Shown: positions 52,844 to 62,938, counted from the stretch's first letter. The stretch: 64,000 nucleotides of DNA from Sumerlaeia bacterium (GCA_040219255.1 JAVJSW010000059.1:14070-78069); one strand, 5' to 3'. Notes: a model not told the origin generated them from the sequence alone. Made by a program: numbers and translations.

Positions 52844-54994
52844 ATGAAGACCGTCCAGTTCGTCCTCGGACTCCACAATCACCAGCCCGTCGGAAACTTC
52901 GATCATGTCTTCGCCGAGGCGTTCGAACGCTCCTACAAACCCTTCGCCAAACTCCTCGAGAAGTATCCCGGCGTCCGCGCCGTCCTTCACCACACCGGTC
53001 CGCTGCTCCAATGGATCGAGCGCAACCGCAAAGGCTACATCGCTCAGATGGCCGAACTCGCCGGTCGAGGCCAGGTCGAACTCCTTGGCGGCGCCTTCTA
53101 CGAACCGATCCTCCCGGTGATCCCGGAGGAAGACCGCATCGGCCAGATCATCATGATGAGCGACTGGATCGAGAAGCACATGGGCGTCCGCCCGCGAGGC
53201 ATGTGGCTCGCCGAACGCGTCTGGGAACCGGGCCTGCCCCGCGCCCTGGCCGCCGCCGGCATCGAGTACACCGTCCTCGACGACAGCCACTTCAAGAGTG
53301 TCGGCATCCCGGAAGACCAGACCTTCGGCTACTACCTGACCGAGGACCAGGGCGACAGCGTCGCCGTCTTCCCCATCAACGAGCGCCTGCGCTACACCGT
53401 GCCCTTCCAGCATATCGACGAGACCTTCAACTACCTGGGCTCGTTGGCCGACGACATGATCGCCCGCACCGCCGTGATGGCCGACGATGGCGAGAAGTTC
53501 GGCGTGTGGCCCGGCACCTTCGAGCACTGCTTCGGCCCCGGCGGCAAAGGCGGCGGCTGGCTGGAACACTTCTTCCAGCGTCTGCAGGAAAACGCCGAGT
53601 GGATCCACATGAAGACCTTCGCCGACGTCCTCGACAGCACCGCCCCCGTCGGCCGCGTGTACCTGCCCACCGCCTCCTACATCGAGATGATGGAATGGGC
53701 CATGCCGGCCAATTCGCTCAACGAATACAACACCCTCGTCTCCAACATGAAGGAGCGCGGCGAGTACGACAGCAACAAGACCTTCGTCCGCGGCGGCTTC
53801 TGGCGCTCGTTCTTCTCGAAGTACGACGAGAGCAACCACATGCACAAAAAAATGCTCTCGGTCAGCAAAAAGCTGGCGGCCCTGCCGGCGAAAGACAAGC
53901 GCACCAAGGCCTTCAAGGAAGCGCAGGACCAGCTCTGGCAGGCCCAGTGCAACTGCGGCTACTGGCACGGCGTTTTCGGCGGCCTCTACCTGACGAATCT
54001 GCGCACCGCGCTTTACGAACGCCTCATCGCCGCCGAAAAAATCGCCGATCAACTCACCCACGGCACAACCCGCAAGACCCCCTACATGGAAGTCGCGGTT
54101 CAGGACTTCGACATCGACGGCGGCAAGGAACTGATCGTCGAGACGCCGAGCCAGTCCCTCATGTTCCAGCCTCACAAGGGCGGCATGATGATCGAGCACG
54201 ACCTGCGCGATGCCAACTTCAACCTGCTCGACACCCTCCAGCGGCGCTTCGAATTCTACCATGGCTCGCTCCTGGGCCACGGCGGCGCCAGCGCCCGCGC
54301 CCAGATCAGCCGCGTCAAGGAAGACGACATCCAGCGCTTCCTGGTTTTCGACTGGTACCGCCGCGGATCCCTGGTCGATCACTTCCTCGGGCCCGACGCC
54401 AACACCGGCGATTTCCGCCGCGCCGTCTATCACGAGCAGGGCGACTTCGTCACCTCGCCCTACGCCTGCGAATGGAAAAAAACCACCCAGGGCACCCGGA
54501 TCACCCTCTCGGCCCAGGGAACCGCCCACACCGAAAAGGGCGTGCAGGCCGTCCTCGTCGAAAAAGAAATCAAAGTCCGCAAGACCAAGGCTGCCAGCAC
54601 CATCACCTATCGCGTGACGAACATCAGCGAGCGCAAGCTCGAGACGCGCTTTGGCGTCGAGTTCAACGTGAACCTGCTGGCCGGCCACGCCCCCGACCGC
54701 GTCCACGAGGTCGAAGGCCACGACCTGGGCGATCACAACCAGATGGACAGCGAAGGCATCCTGCACAACGTCAGCAAGTTCGCCGTCCGCGATGGCTGGA
54801 AGAACATCCGCGTCGAATGGAAGCTGAGCCAGGAGGCGGATCATTGGCGCCTGCCCATTGAAACCGTCTCGAACAGCGAAGCCGGCATCGAACGCATTTA
54901 CCAGAGCACCGTTGTCATGCCCGTGTGGAAGCTAGCCCTTGGCGTCGGTCAGACCTGGGAAGTCACCATCGATTACGAAGGCAAAGCCAAGTAG
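52844..54994 (+). CDS. GH57 alpha-amylase/4-alpha-glucanotransferase
   Basis: LHNHQPVGN, YEPILP, GMWLAERVWEP, DDGEKFGVWP, SYIEMMEW, YWHGVFGGLY; C-terminal ETVSNSEAGIERIYQ. Confidence 0.93.
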   Translation: MKTVQFVLGLHNHQPVGNFDHVFAEAFERSYKPFAKLLEKYPGVRAVLHHTGPLLQWIERNRKGYIAQMAELAGRGQVELLGGAFYEPILPVIPEEDRIGQIIMMSDWIEKHMGVRPRGMWLAERVWEPGLPRALAAAGIEYTVLDDSHFKSVGIPEDQTFGYYLTEDQGDSVAVFPINERLRYTVPFQHIDETFNYLGSLADDMIARTAVMADDGEKFGVWPGTFEHCFGPGGKGGGWLEHFFQRLQENAEWIHMKTFADVLDSTAPVGRVYLPTASYIEMMEWAMPANSLNEYNTLVSNMKERGEYDSNKTFVRGGFWRSFFSKYDESNHMHKKMLSVSKKLAALPAKDKRTKAFKEAQDQLWQAQCNCGYWHGVFGGLYLTNLRTALYERLIAAEKIADQLTHGTTRKTPYMEVAVQDFDIDGGKELIVETPSQSLMFQPHKGGMMIEHDLRDANFNLLDTLQRRFEFYHGSLLGHGGASARAQISRVKEDDIQRFLVFDWYRRGSLVDHFLGPDANTGDFRRAVYHEQGDFVTSPYACEWKKTTQGTRITLSAQGTAHTEKGVQAVLVEKEIKVRKTKAASTITYRVTNISERKLETRFGVEFNVNLLAGHAPDRVHEVEGHDLGDHNQMDSEGILHNVSKFAVRDGWKNIRVEWKLSQEADHWRLPIETVSNSEAGIERIYQSTVVMPVWKLALGVGQTWEVTIDYEGKAK

Positions 54995-55022
54995 TTCCCC
55001 TTCCGGCGGCCGCGGGGCTGGT

Positions 55023-56564
55023 TCAGCGGCTGTCTTGGTTCACTGCTGTGATCGCGTCGCCGATGTCGAACTTATCGTCATCGTTTCGGTCGTCCTGAGG
55101 CCGGGGAGCGCGAACGCCCGTCACCGCGTCCAGAATCCCCGCCAGCGTGCCCGGCGCAGCCGTCGGTGTGGGTGTGGGAGTCGGCGTGGGCGTGTCAGTT
55201 GCTGTCGGCGTCGGCGTTGGGGTCGGCGTCGGCGTGGGCTCTGTCACGCAGATCGCGCTTTCGATGGCGGCGATCATCGTCGAGCGCACGCGCGGGTGAA
55301 AGGTCAGGGCGACACTTCCGCCCGTCACCCGGTAGCAATAGCTCATCATCGTGCCTTCGGCGGGGAAGCTGTTGCCGCTGTAGCATCCGCCTTCGAAGGG
55401 CCAGCATCGGTCGATCGGCGGGTCGTAGCAATGGGTGTGGTGCGTGCCCGCGTTGTGCCCGATTTCATGCGCCATCACGTTCACGTCCCAGGTATAGGAC
55501 GTCGTCGGATAGAAGTAAAAGGCGTCGATGTCGCTGAAGGACGCGTTGAAGCCCCGCACGCACAGTGTGTCGATGAAACCGTTGCCCGCCAGATTTTGTT
55601 GCTCGGACCGGGTCACCGCGTGCAGCAGGTCCGAATTGCGGATTTCCGGCGGAGTGCCGGAATCGTTCATGACTGCCCGCACATCTTGCAGCATGATGTT
55701 CACGGCGGCTTCCGTGCTCAGGTTGTCGGCTCGGTAGGGATCGTTTTCCGTGGCCCAGAACCGCATCGCCGAAATCCGGAATGTTGTGCTCAGTTCCCGC
55801 TCATAAATGTCGCTCACCTCCGCCACCAGACTGACCAGGTACTCGGCGGCGAATTGCTCGTCTTCGCCCTGGAACTGGAAATATTCGAAAGTTCCGTCGA
55901 AAGCGATATCGATCTGATGATCGAGGCCCTTTCGCCCCATCGCTCCGCCCTTCGGCGCCATCGGAGGCGGCGCGATCCAGGGCGGGCGGTCCGCCTCGGG
56001 GGGGGCTGGCTGGGCGGCGCAGTGCAGCGGCGGAATGGCCGATCCGTCCGCCAGCGTCACCTGATGCAATCCCCCCGGATTCGTCCGATCCGCCGGCGTC
56101 AGCGCCAGTGTCATTCCCGGAGCCAGATAAGTCCCGAAGACATGCCCGCCCACCCGCGTCAAATGCACCGACGACCCCGCCACCTTGGGCGCCACGCCAG
56201 CGAAATGCTCGGCCTCCGGGACCTCGACACGATGGTGGGTTCCAAACTCATCCACGACCCAGACCGGCGTGCCGGGGCTCAAGACCGGAGGCCCCGCTTT
56301 TCGCCACAGCCGCACCGCCACCGGTTCGTCCCGGCCCGGCACCGGCCACGCCAGCTCCACAGCGACGCCGCCACCCTTCAAGCCATCGAGTACCGCGCCG
56401 TCCAACTCGACCAGCACGGCGGACGAGCCCACAGCCTGCGAGAGCGCGGCGGGCGACTGTTCCAAAACGGTAAACAGGGGCGCCTCGGCGGCCAGCGAAC
56501 CGGCCACCGCAAGGCCGCCCGCGAGGCCGCAAATCGAAAAGCGCTGAAAAAACGAGGGGGGCAT
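55023..56564 (-). CDS. Secreted M12/reprolysin-like metalloprotease with Pro-Thr linker and dockerin-like tail
   Basis: Signal peptide; HEIGHNAGTHHTH, Met-turn GTMMSY, (PT)n linker, DRNDDDKFDIGDAI. Confidence 0.88.
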   Translation of the reverse strand: MPPSFFQRFSICGLAGGLAVAGSLAAEAPLFTVLEQSPAALSQAVGSSAVLVELDGAVLDGLKGGGVAVELAWPVPGRDEPVAVRLWRKAGPPVLSPGTPVWVVDEFGTHHRVEVPEAEHFAGVAPKVAGSSVHLTRVGGHVFGTYLAPGMTLALTPADRTNPGGLHQVTLADGSAIPPLHCAAQPAPPEADRPPWIAPPPMAPKGGAMGRKGLDHQIDIAFDGTFEYFQFQGEDEQFAAEYLVSLVAEVSDIYERELSTTFRISAMRFWATENDPYRADNLSTEAAVNIMLQDVRAVMNDSGTPPEIRNSDLLHAVTRSEQQNLAGNGFIDTLCVRGFNASFSDIDAFYFYPTTSYTWDVNVMAHEIGHNAGTHHTHCYDPPIDRCWPFEGGCYSGNSFPAEGTMMSYCYRVTGGSVALTFHPRVRSTMIAAIESAICVTEPTPTPTPTPTPTATDTPTPTPTPTPTAAPGTLAGILDAVTGVRAPRPQDDRNDDDKFDIGDAITAVNQDSR

Positions 56565-56697
56565 GGAAGGCCGAGGGTCCGGAAAGAAAAAAGGATTACC
56601 AAATCCCTGAAGTAAGAGTCCGGCTATCAGAGTACGCCCCCTCGATCAAGGCCAGACCCGCGTGATGACAGCGAATTCGCCAAACCGGACGGCAGGC

Positions 56698-58440
56698 TCA
56701 ATCCTCACGGATAATCTTTCCCTCATCGCCGCCATTGGGTGACTCCCCTTCCCGCTCCGCCAGATCGGAAACCTCGCGGTGCGGGTTCGTTTCCTCCTCC
56801 GACACGAACAGCCCCCGGTCCTTCGCGCGCAGCTCCGCCTGGCGTTTCCGCAGCGCTTCCGTGCCAGAGCGCGGATCGTCGAGCGACTGCTTGCCGGTGA
56901 GATCGCGCCACTCGTCTTCCTTGTTGTCCCAGTAAAATTCTTTCCACAGAACCCGCACCGCGCAGGCCACCGGCACCGCCACGATCATGCCGATGATGCC
57001 GAAGACCGCCCCCGCCGCCAGCGCCAGAATCACCGCGATGGGATGCAACTGGGCGTTCTTGCCAACCACCTTGGGCTGCAGGATGAAGCCTTCGATGAAC
57101 TGGATCAGGCCGAACAACCCGATCACAAGGCCCGCGAAAATCAGCTTCTCCGGCACGCTGTCGTGCGCGTCCGAGAACAACTGGTACGCGATCGCCGGCG
57201 CCGCCGCCAGCACAGGCCCCAGGTACGGGATCAAGTTACCCACCGCCGCGATCACCGCGATCAGCACCGCGTATTGCTTCAAACCCAACAACATCAGGCC
57301 TGTGAACGCCATGATGCCCACGATCGCCGCCACCGTGATCTGTCCCCGGATAAACCCGCCCACCGCCGTGTCCACCTTCAGGGCGATGTCGAAGAACCGC
57401 ACCTCGTACTTGTCCGGGCACAAGACCTCGAATACGCCTCGCAACGAATCGAAATCGATCAGCAGGTAGAACGTCACCAGCACAACGAACACGATGAAGA
57501 TCACCGAGCCGAACAGGCCGCTGACGAATTTCACCACGCCCACGAACACCGCGCCCACAAGACCGCCTCCCTCCTCGAGCGCCGTTCCCGCCGCTGTCCG
57601 AACCCCCTCGCTGCCGACCGCGCTTTGCAGCAACTGCTCCAGGCTCGCGTCGTCGGCCGCCAGCAGTTGGCGGATCTGATCGCCGATGATCTGGACGATC
57701 GACTGCTCTTCCCCCGCCTGCGCGGCCGCGCCCAGCGTGGTCGCCCCGTCGGCCGCTTCCGTCGCCGGTTCTTCGGCGCCGGCCCCTTGCCTGCCGGCGT
57801 TGGCGGTTGCCGCCTCCGGATCGGTCTCCGGCTGTGGCGGCGGGGACGCCACCCCTTCGGGCACATCGGCCCCGGTTGCGACCGGCGAAGCCCCCTCGGC
57901 CGATTCCGCCCCCTCCTCAGCGTCCCGGCCGGTCAAGCGCGTCACGCCCTTCTTCACTTCTTCCTCGCCCCGGGCAAAGAAGCCGAACACCCCGCCCCGG
58001 TCCTCCTCTTCCTCGGCGGGCGGCGGAGGCTGGAGCCGCTCCTCGAGCCACGGCACCGCCTTGTCCCGCACAAAACTCTGCGTGCTGTCGTAGGCCGTCT
58101 CCACCTGGCGCACCAGGATCGGCGTCACGATGGCCATGAACCCCGCGATGATCAGCGCGATAATCAAGAACAGCAGTGTCACCCCCGCCACCCGCGTCAG
58201 CCGCAGCTTGTTCTCGAAAAACGTCACCGCCGGGTTCAGCACATAGGCCAGCACCAACGCCACGATGAACGGCGAGAGAACCTTGAATATCGTCGAAATC
58301 ACTGGCCAGGCCAGCGTCAGCAACGCCATCACCCCGCCGGCGATCAGCATGTAGCCGATCGTGATGACGATCCGCCGCACCTGTGGGTCAGTCACGATCG
58401 AGCGGGGAAAGAACGAGGAATCGGGAGTCTGGTTTTCCAT
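56698..58440 (-). CDS. AI-2E family (PerM-like) transporter with large insertion
   Basis: PFIVALVLAYVLNP, FYLLID, GGFIRGQ, NLIPYLGP, QFIEGFILQPKVVG, LHPIAVILAL. Confidence 0.9.
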   Translation of the reverse strand: MENQTPDSSFFPRSIVTDPQVRRIVITIGYMLIAGGVMALLTLAWPVISTIFKVLSPFIVALVLAYVLNPAVTFFENKLRLTRVAGVTLLFLIIALIIAGFMAIVTPILVRQVETAYDSTQSFVRDKAVPWLEERLQPPPPAEEEEDRGGVFGFFARGEEEVKKGVTRLTGRDAEEGAESAEGASPVATGADVPEGVASPPPQPETDPEAATANAGRQGAGAEEPATEAADGATTLGAAAQAGEEQSIVQIIGDQIRQLLAADDASLEQLLQSAVGSEGVRTAAGTALEEGGGLVGAVFVGVVKFVSGLFGSVIFIVFVVLVTFYLLIDFDSLRGVFEVLCPDKYEVRFFDIALKVDTAVGGFIRGQITVAAIVGIMAFTGLMLLGLKQYAVLIAVIAAVGNLIPYLGPVLAAAPAIAYQLFSDAHDSVPEKLIFAGLVIGLFGLIQFIEGFILQPKVVGKNAQLHPIAVILALAAGAVFGIIGMIVAVPVACAVRVLWKEFYWDNKEDEWRDLTGKQSLDDPRSGTEALRKRQAELRAKDRGLFVSEEETNPHREVSDLAEREGESPNGGDEGKIIRED

Positions 58441-58626
58441 GGGGCGGAACACATCCGAATGCGAAGTCTGGCGGGGGACAAGGAATCGCCGGCACCAATA
58501 CGTCCCCGGCGCCTCGTCTATTCAAGAGCCTGCGGTGCCGCCCCAGGGGAATCAAGGCCAGGGTCTGCCGCCTGGCTTCCTCTTTGTGAGGAAGGGCTCC
58601 GAAGCCTCCCTAATCCTTCAAGAAGT

Positions 58627-58929
58627 CACCGCTGAGACGCGGTGAACGAAGAGATGATTGGTGCTTTGTAAGTTAGCTCAAACAACCGGCGGGCCTCGGT
58701 TTCTGGCTGGATGACTGGATAACGGCGGCCGATTCTCTTGAAAAGAAATGATCGATGCAGGTGAATGCCAGAATTGCCGCGACTTTATTTGGATCTGACA
58801 AGTATTCTAATTTGGGATTCAATTGCATCTTTCTGATTTCATTTGACTTGCCGCAGCCCACCTACTTTCCCAACTACGCCTTTCAAATGATCTCTGTGGA
58901 ACCTCTGTCTTCTGTGCACTCTGTGGTGA
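58627..58929. repeat. Degenerate inverted-repeat element (CTCTGTG-type arm) around an AT-rich core
   Basis: Right arm CTCTGTGGAACCTCTGTCTTCTGTGCACTCTGTGGTG; left arm CACCGCTGAGACGCGGTGAACGAAGAG is only loosely complementary. Confidence 0.4.
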
Positions 58930-58968
58930 AGGATCGCGGCGAAGCCCCGCTTCAAGCCTCAACTTCGT

Positions 58969-58997
58969 TTGACATCCGGTGCCGGGGCGCCTCCAAT
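58969..58997 (+). promoter_or_regulatory. Putative sigma-70 promoter
   Basis: TTGACA-N17-TCCAAT upstream of the dockerin protein gene. Confidence 0.4.
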
Positions 58998-59038
58998 GGA
59001 CTCCATTTCACTGCCCAGCCCCTGGAGCTCCACAGCCC

Positions 59039-60007
59039 GTGATCCGTCGCCTTGGTCCCGTCCTACTTGCCGCATTCAGCTTCGCCCCGGCGCTGGCGCC
59101 CGGCCAAGACTCCGCCGTGCTCTATCAGACCGGCTTCGAACAGGTCGACGACCCCAGCGGCACCGCCTTTCAACCTGGCGACCTCGATGGCCAGGGAAGC
59201 TGGGCGGTCCCCGATCCCTCCGCCACCATCGCCGATAGCGACGGCCAGGCCCATCGGGGCGCCCAATACGTCAGTCAACTCGCCGCCTCCACGGTCGATT
59301 TGAGCCTGGAAGACGACGCCGACGCCATCTTCATCGAAGCCTGGCACCGCGGCGCTGGCGTGGAAACGCTCGAGAAACCCCCGGCCAGCCCCAGTGCCGC
59401 CGCCGTCATCGGCTTCCGCCTGACCAGCCCCGGCTTCTACACCGTCGCCGCGCTCGACGGCACCGAAGCGGGCAACGAGGGCGCCAGCTTCGTCGAATCC
59501 CCCAGCATCCCCGAGTTTTCCTCCACCGCCTGGACCCGCTTCCTGATCCGCGTCGACTACGCCAACCGCACCTGGGATGTGCAGGCCGCTGGCGAGACCA
59601 TCGGCAGCGGCTTCGGCTTCCGCGACGCCGACGCCCTGCGCCTCCGCGGCTTCCGCTCCAGCACCGACGTCGGCGCCGACCTCGATACCTTCCGCATCGT
59701 CGAAACCGATGGCGATTACGACGACGACGGTTTCAGCGACGCCTACGAAATGGCCAACGACTCCGATCCGCTCGACCCCGCCACCATCCCCGGTCTCGGC
59801 GATGTCAACGGCGATGGCTACGTCAACGTTGTCGACGCCATTCTCAACAAGCGCATCGCCTCCGGTTTCATCGGCGACCCCGCCTCCCTCGGCTACACCC
59901 CCGCCGATGTCGACCTCGACGGCTTCGTCACGGAAGCCGACGGCGACGCCATCTACCGCTTCTCCGTCGGCGATCCCGCCGTTCCGGTGCTGCCCGTCGC
60001 TCCCTGA
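59039..60007 (+). CDS. Secreted beta-sandwich protein with Ca-binding repeat and type I dockerin
   Basis: Signal peptide from GTG at 59039; DYDDDGFSDAYE; GDVNGDGYVNVVDA...ADVDLDGFVTEADG. Confidence 0.8.
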   Translation: MIRRLGPVLLAAFSFAPALAPGQDSAVLYQTGFEQVDDPSGTAFQPGDLDGQGSWAVPDPSATIADSDGQAHRGAQYVSQLAASTVDLSLEDDADAIFIEAWHRGAGVETLEKPPASPSAAAVIGFRLTSPGFYTVAALDGTEAGNEGASFVESPSIPEFSSTAWTRFLIRVDYANRTWDVQAAGETIGSGFGFRDADALRLRGFRSSTDVGADLDTFRIVETDGDYDDDGFSDAYEMANDSDPLDPATIPGLGDVNGDGYVNVVDAILNKRIASGFIGDPASLGYTPADVDLDGFVTEADGDAIYRFSVGDPAVPVLPVAP

Positions 60008-60092
60008 TCCCTCTTCATTTTCGGCCAACCCGCCCGGTCGGCGGAAATGTTGCGATAACCTGAGTCCATCCGATCGGAAAGGACCCAGGCCC

Positions 60093-60263
60093 ATGAACGA
60101 GCCAAACACGCAACCCAAAGAGGATAAGAGCCACCGCGACGCGGAACTCGACGAAGCCCTCGACGAATCGTTCCCCGCGAGTGACCCGCCCTCGCCCGCG
60201 CGAGGCGGCCCCGACCGGCCGCGCACGTCCTATAGCGAAAAAAAAGGCACTGGGGACCGTTAG
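60093..60263 (+). CDS. Small conserved acidic protein (SFPASDPP motif)
   Basis: LDEALDESFPASDPPS; AAGGA RBS upstream. Confidence 0.8.
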   Translation: MNEPNTQPKEDKSHRDAELDEALDESFPASDPPSPARGGPDRPRTSYSEKKGTGDR

Positions 60264-60275
60264 GCCGCCGGCGTC

Positions 60276-61199
60276 CTAACGGGGCAGGTCTTCCAAATCC
60301 GCGATGGCCGACAGAATCGCTTCGTGGCTGACGCGGTTGCTGGCCACAACTCCGTTCGTCTTGGCGGGGGATTCGAGATTGTAAGTCAATTCGCGCCCGA
60401 ACGCATCGGAAACCCGGCCGCCCGCCTCCTCCAGGATCAACTGCGGCGCGCAAATGTCCCATTCCTTGCAGCGGTTCGGTTCCAGATTCATGTAGAAGTC
60501 GGCCCGGTCGCTCGCAACCATCGCCACCTTCACGCCCATGCTGCCGCTTTGGAACACGTCCTTCACGGCGATTTTATCCAGCGCCCGCTTGAGGCGTTCC
60601 GGCGGACGCGAGCTGGTGATGACCGCAGTGAGTGCCGAAAGATCGGCTTTCCGCGACGCGCGCAGCGCCTTCGGCGCGTCCCATGACGCCCCGGCCAGGC
60701 CCCGCCCTCCCTCCTGCCACCACATCGCCGCGCCGTTCGTCAGGTCCGCTTCGCGCCGCACAAAGGCTCCGCCGCCCCGCGCCGCGAAGAACACGTCGCC
60801 CGTGATCGGCTGATACACCACCGCCGCCACAGGACGATAATGCCCATCCTCCAGGCGCTCCGCCACGCCCACCTGGATCGCGAATTGGGAGCCGCCCCGC
60901 ATGAAATCCCGCGTGCCGTCGATCGGGTCGATAATCCAGACCCGGCGCCGTTCCAAACGCTCCAGGCCGTGCTCGAACTCTTCCGTCAGATAGCCGTATT
61001 CCGAGGCGGGATAACGCTCTTGCAGAGACTCCACGATCAACTTGTCCGCCATGCGGTCCGCGACCGTCACCGGGCTGTCGTCCGCTTTGACAAACGACTC
61101 CAGTCCGCTCGAACGCCAATAGGGCGAGATGGCCTCCCATGCCCTCAGAGCCGCCCGTTCGGCGTCCGCCAAGAGTTCGTCCCACGGTTCCATGGTCAT
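60276..61199 (-). CDS. cysQ: 3'(2'),5'-bisphosphate nucleotidase CysQ-like
   Basis: KADDSPVTVAD, LTEE, WIIDPIDGTRDF, GSMGVK, KEWDICAPQLILEEAGG. Confidence 0.85.
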   Translation of the reverse strand: MTMEPWDELLADAERAALRAWEAISPYWRSSGLESFVKADDSPVTVADRMADKLIVESLQERYPASEYGYLTEEFEHGLERLERRRVWIIDPIDGTRDFMRGGSQFAIQVGVAERLEDGHYRPVAAVVYQPITGDVFFAARGGGAFVRREADLTNGAAMWWQEGGRGLAGASWDAPKALRASRKADLSALTAVITSSRPPERLKRALDKIAVKDVFQSGSMGVKVAMVASDRADFYMNLEPNRCKEWDICAPQLILEEAGGRVSDAFGRELTYNLESPAKTNGVVASNRVSHEAILSAIADLEDLPR

Positions 61200-61654
61200 T
61201 TCGGCGTCCCCGCTCTCGCCTTTTCGACGATTTGAGATTTTGGCGTCTGCGGCATCGGCGGCAGAGGCGACGGCTGGCCAAAGCTCTGCCCGTCCTCCTC
61301 GCGCCCCCGCTCCTTGCTCCGGTGCTTCAATTCGCGGTGAAGCCGCTTGCGTTTGCGGCGCAGCGCCCGCCTCCGCGCCTTGTTGCGCAGGTATTCCTGC
61401 CGGATGTAATACAGGTTTCGGAAGTAAACGACGAACCCGAAGCTCTGGCCCAAAAGGATCACGATGTCGCCGTCCAGCCAGCCGTAGATCAGCAGAAGAA
61501 TCGACCCCGTGATGCTGCAAATCCAGAAAGCCAGCGGCACCGTGGTCTTGCGGGCGCGCTCCGTAGCGATCCATTGCACCAGAAAGCGGCCCATGAAGAC
61601 CGCCTGGCCAATCAGTCCGACGATGGCGTAGAGTTCGAAATCGAAGTTCTTCAC
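61196..61654 (-). CDS. Lipid A biosynthesis N-terminal (LAB_N) domain membrane protein
   Basis: GLIGQAVFMGRFLVQWIATE...VPLAFW...GQSFGFVVYFRNL; GTGA overlap with the GT2 gene. Confidence 0.88.
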   Translation of the reverse strand: MKNFDFELYAIVGLIGQAVFMGRFLVQWIATERARKTTVPLAFWICSITGSILLLIYGWLDGDIVILLGQSFGFVVYFRNLYYIRQEYLRNKARRRALRRKRKRLHRELKHRSKERGREEDGQSFGQPSPLPPMPQTPKSQIVEKARAGTPK

Positions 61655-62475
61655 GCCGTCCCGTCCGGTCTCGTGGTTTCGCCCATAAGCCGATAGCGCA
61701 GGGCTCGCTTCTGCATCCAACGCACGGCGAAAATGTCACGCATGCCGACCCACAGACGGTTGTTGATACCGTACTTGCTCTGGCCCGAGGAGCGCGGCCG
61801 GTGATTCACCGGCATCTCGGAAAGCGTGAAGCCTTCGATGCGGAACAGCGTCGGGAAGAAGCGGTGCATGCCATTCCACAGCTTGATCCGGCGGAGACAA
61901 TCGCGGCGGAAAACCCGGATCGAACAGCCGACATCGGTCACCGTTTCCTTCGTGGCCCAGTTTCGGACGTTGTTCGCGACGCGGCTGGAGATCTTGCGCA
62001 CCGCCGAGTCCTGGCGCTTCTGGCGGACGCCGCACATCATATCCACGCCCTTTTCCCGCAATGCCGCCAGCAGGCGCGGGAAATCGGCGGGATCGTTTTG
62101 ACCGTCGCCGTCCATCATCCCCACGATTTCTCCGTTGGCGTTGTGGAATCCCGCTTCGAAGGCTGCCGTCTGGCCCGCGTTCTTTTCGAAACGCAGCAGC
62201 CGAATCCGTGGCTCGTCCTTCGCCATCGCGGCGATCAACTCCGCCGTCCGGTCCTTCGACCCGTCATCCACCAGAAGCACTTCCCATTGCCCAACAAGAT
62301 CGTCCGCCTCGCGAAGGACGCCGAGCGCTTCCGCCAGGACTTCCTCGATGCAGGACTCTTCGTTGTAAACGGGGATGACGAGGCTGAAATCCAAGGTTGA
62401 GGGAGACGATTCGATAGTCACGGAAGTCGGCGGAAAAGGTGGCCTTGCCGGGGGCGGGGAAGAAAAAATGTCCAC
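61651..62475 (-). CDS. GT2 polyprenol-phosphate glycosyltransferase (DPM1/ArnC-like)
   Basis: SLVIPVYNEE, VDDGSKD, NAGQTAA, MDGDGQNDP, DVGCS, GMHRFFP, VNHRPR..G.SKY; start may be the GTG at 62421. Confidence 0.92.
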   Translation of the reverse strand: MDIFSSPPPARPPFPPTSVTIESSPSTLDFSLVIPVYNEESCIEEVLAEALGVLREADDLVGQWEVLLVDDGSKDRTAELIAAMAKDEPRIRLLRFEKNAGQTAAFEAGFHNANGEIVGMMDGDGQNDPADFPRLLAALREKGVDMMCGVRQKRQDSAVRKISSRVANNVRNWATKETVTDVGCSIRVFRRDCLRRIKLWNGMHRFFPTLFRIEGFTLSEMPVNHRPRSSGQSKYGINNRLWVGMRDIFAVRWMQKRALRYRLMGETTRPDGTA

Positions 62476-62559
62476 GTTCCTGAAATGTTGGAGCGGTGCC
62501 CATTGGCGCGGGGCGCCCGCTCAAGGTCAACGCGGAAATCTGGACTAAGACGCCAAAGG

Positions 62560-62600
62560 AAAAATCCGGCCCCTTTCCCGTGCGAGAAAAAAGGCCGGAT
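62560..62600 (-). terminator. Probable terminator after rpmA
   Basis: Minus-strand hairpin ATCCGGCC...GGCCGGAT followed by TTTT. Confidence 0.55.
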
Positions 62601-62659
62601 GCAATCGCAAACCAGATGGTTGGGAAACGCGCTGGCCCGCTCAGGGCCGGTGGCGGTTC

Positions 62660-62938
62660 TTACGAATTGGCCGCGTCGAACTTTTCGGGGGTCAGGATGT
62701 GCAGATAGCGGCGGCCGGTGCCCTTATGCTCGACCTTCACATGGCCGTCGATCTTGGCGAACAGCGTGAAGTCTTTGCCCTGGCCGACGTTCTCGCCGGG
62801 CCACCAGCGGTTGCCGCGCTGGCGGATCAGGATGCTGCCGCCGCTGACCAGCTCGTTGTCGTGGGCCTTGAAGCCCAGCCGCTGTGAATTCGAGTCGCGG
62901 CCGTTCTTGGACGAGCCGACGCCTTTTTTATGTGCCAT
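62660..62938 (-). CDS. rpmA: 50S ribosomal protein L27
   Basis: [31 protein letters not shown]. Confidence 0.98.
   Translation of the reverse strand: MAHKKGVGSSKNGRDSNSQRLGFKAHDNELVSGGSILIRQRGNRWWPGENVGQGKDFTLFAKIDGHVKVEHKGTGRRYLHILTPEKFDAANS

Noticed and set aside
52751-54861. 697-aa antisense and 616-aa alternate-frame ORFs over the GH57 gene
   Set aside because: Stop-poor frames of a highly biased gene; Arg/Pro-rich and without motifs.
55160-55240. Periodic DNA repeats (also near 5400-5530 and 6660-6760)
   Set aside because: They encode Pro-Thr linkers; not CRISPR or non-coding arrays.
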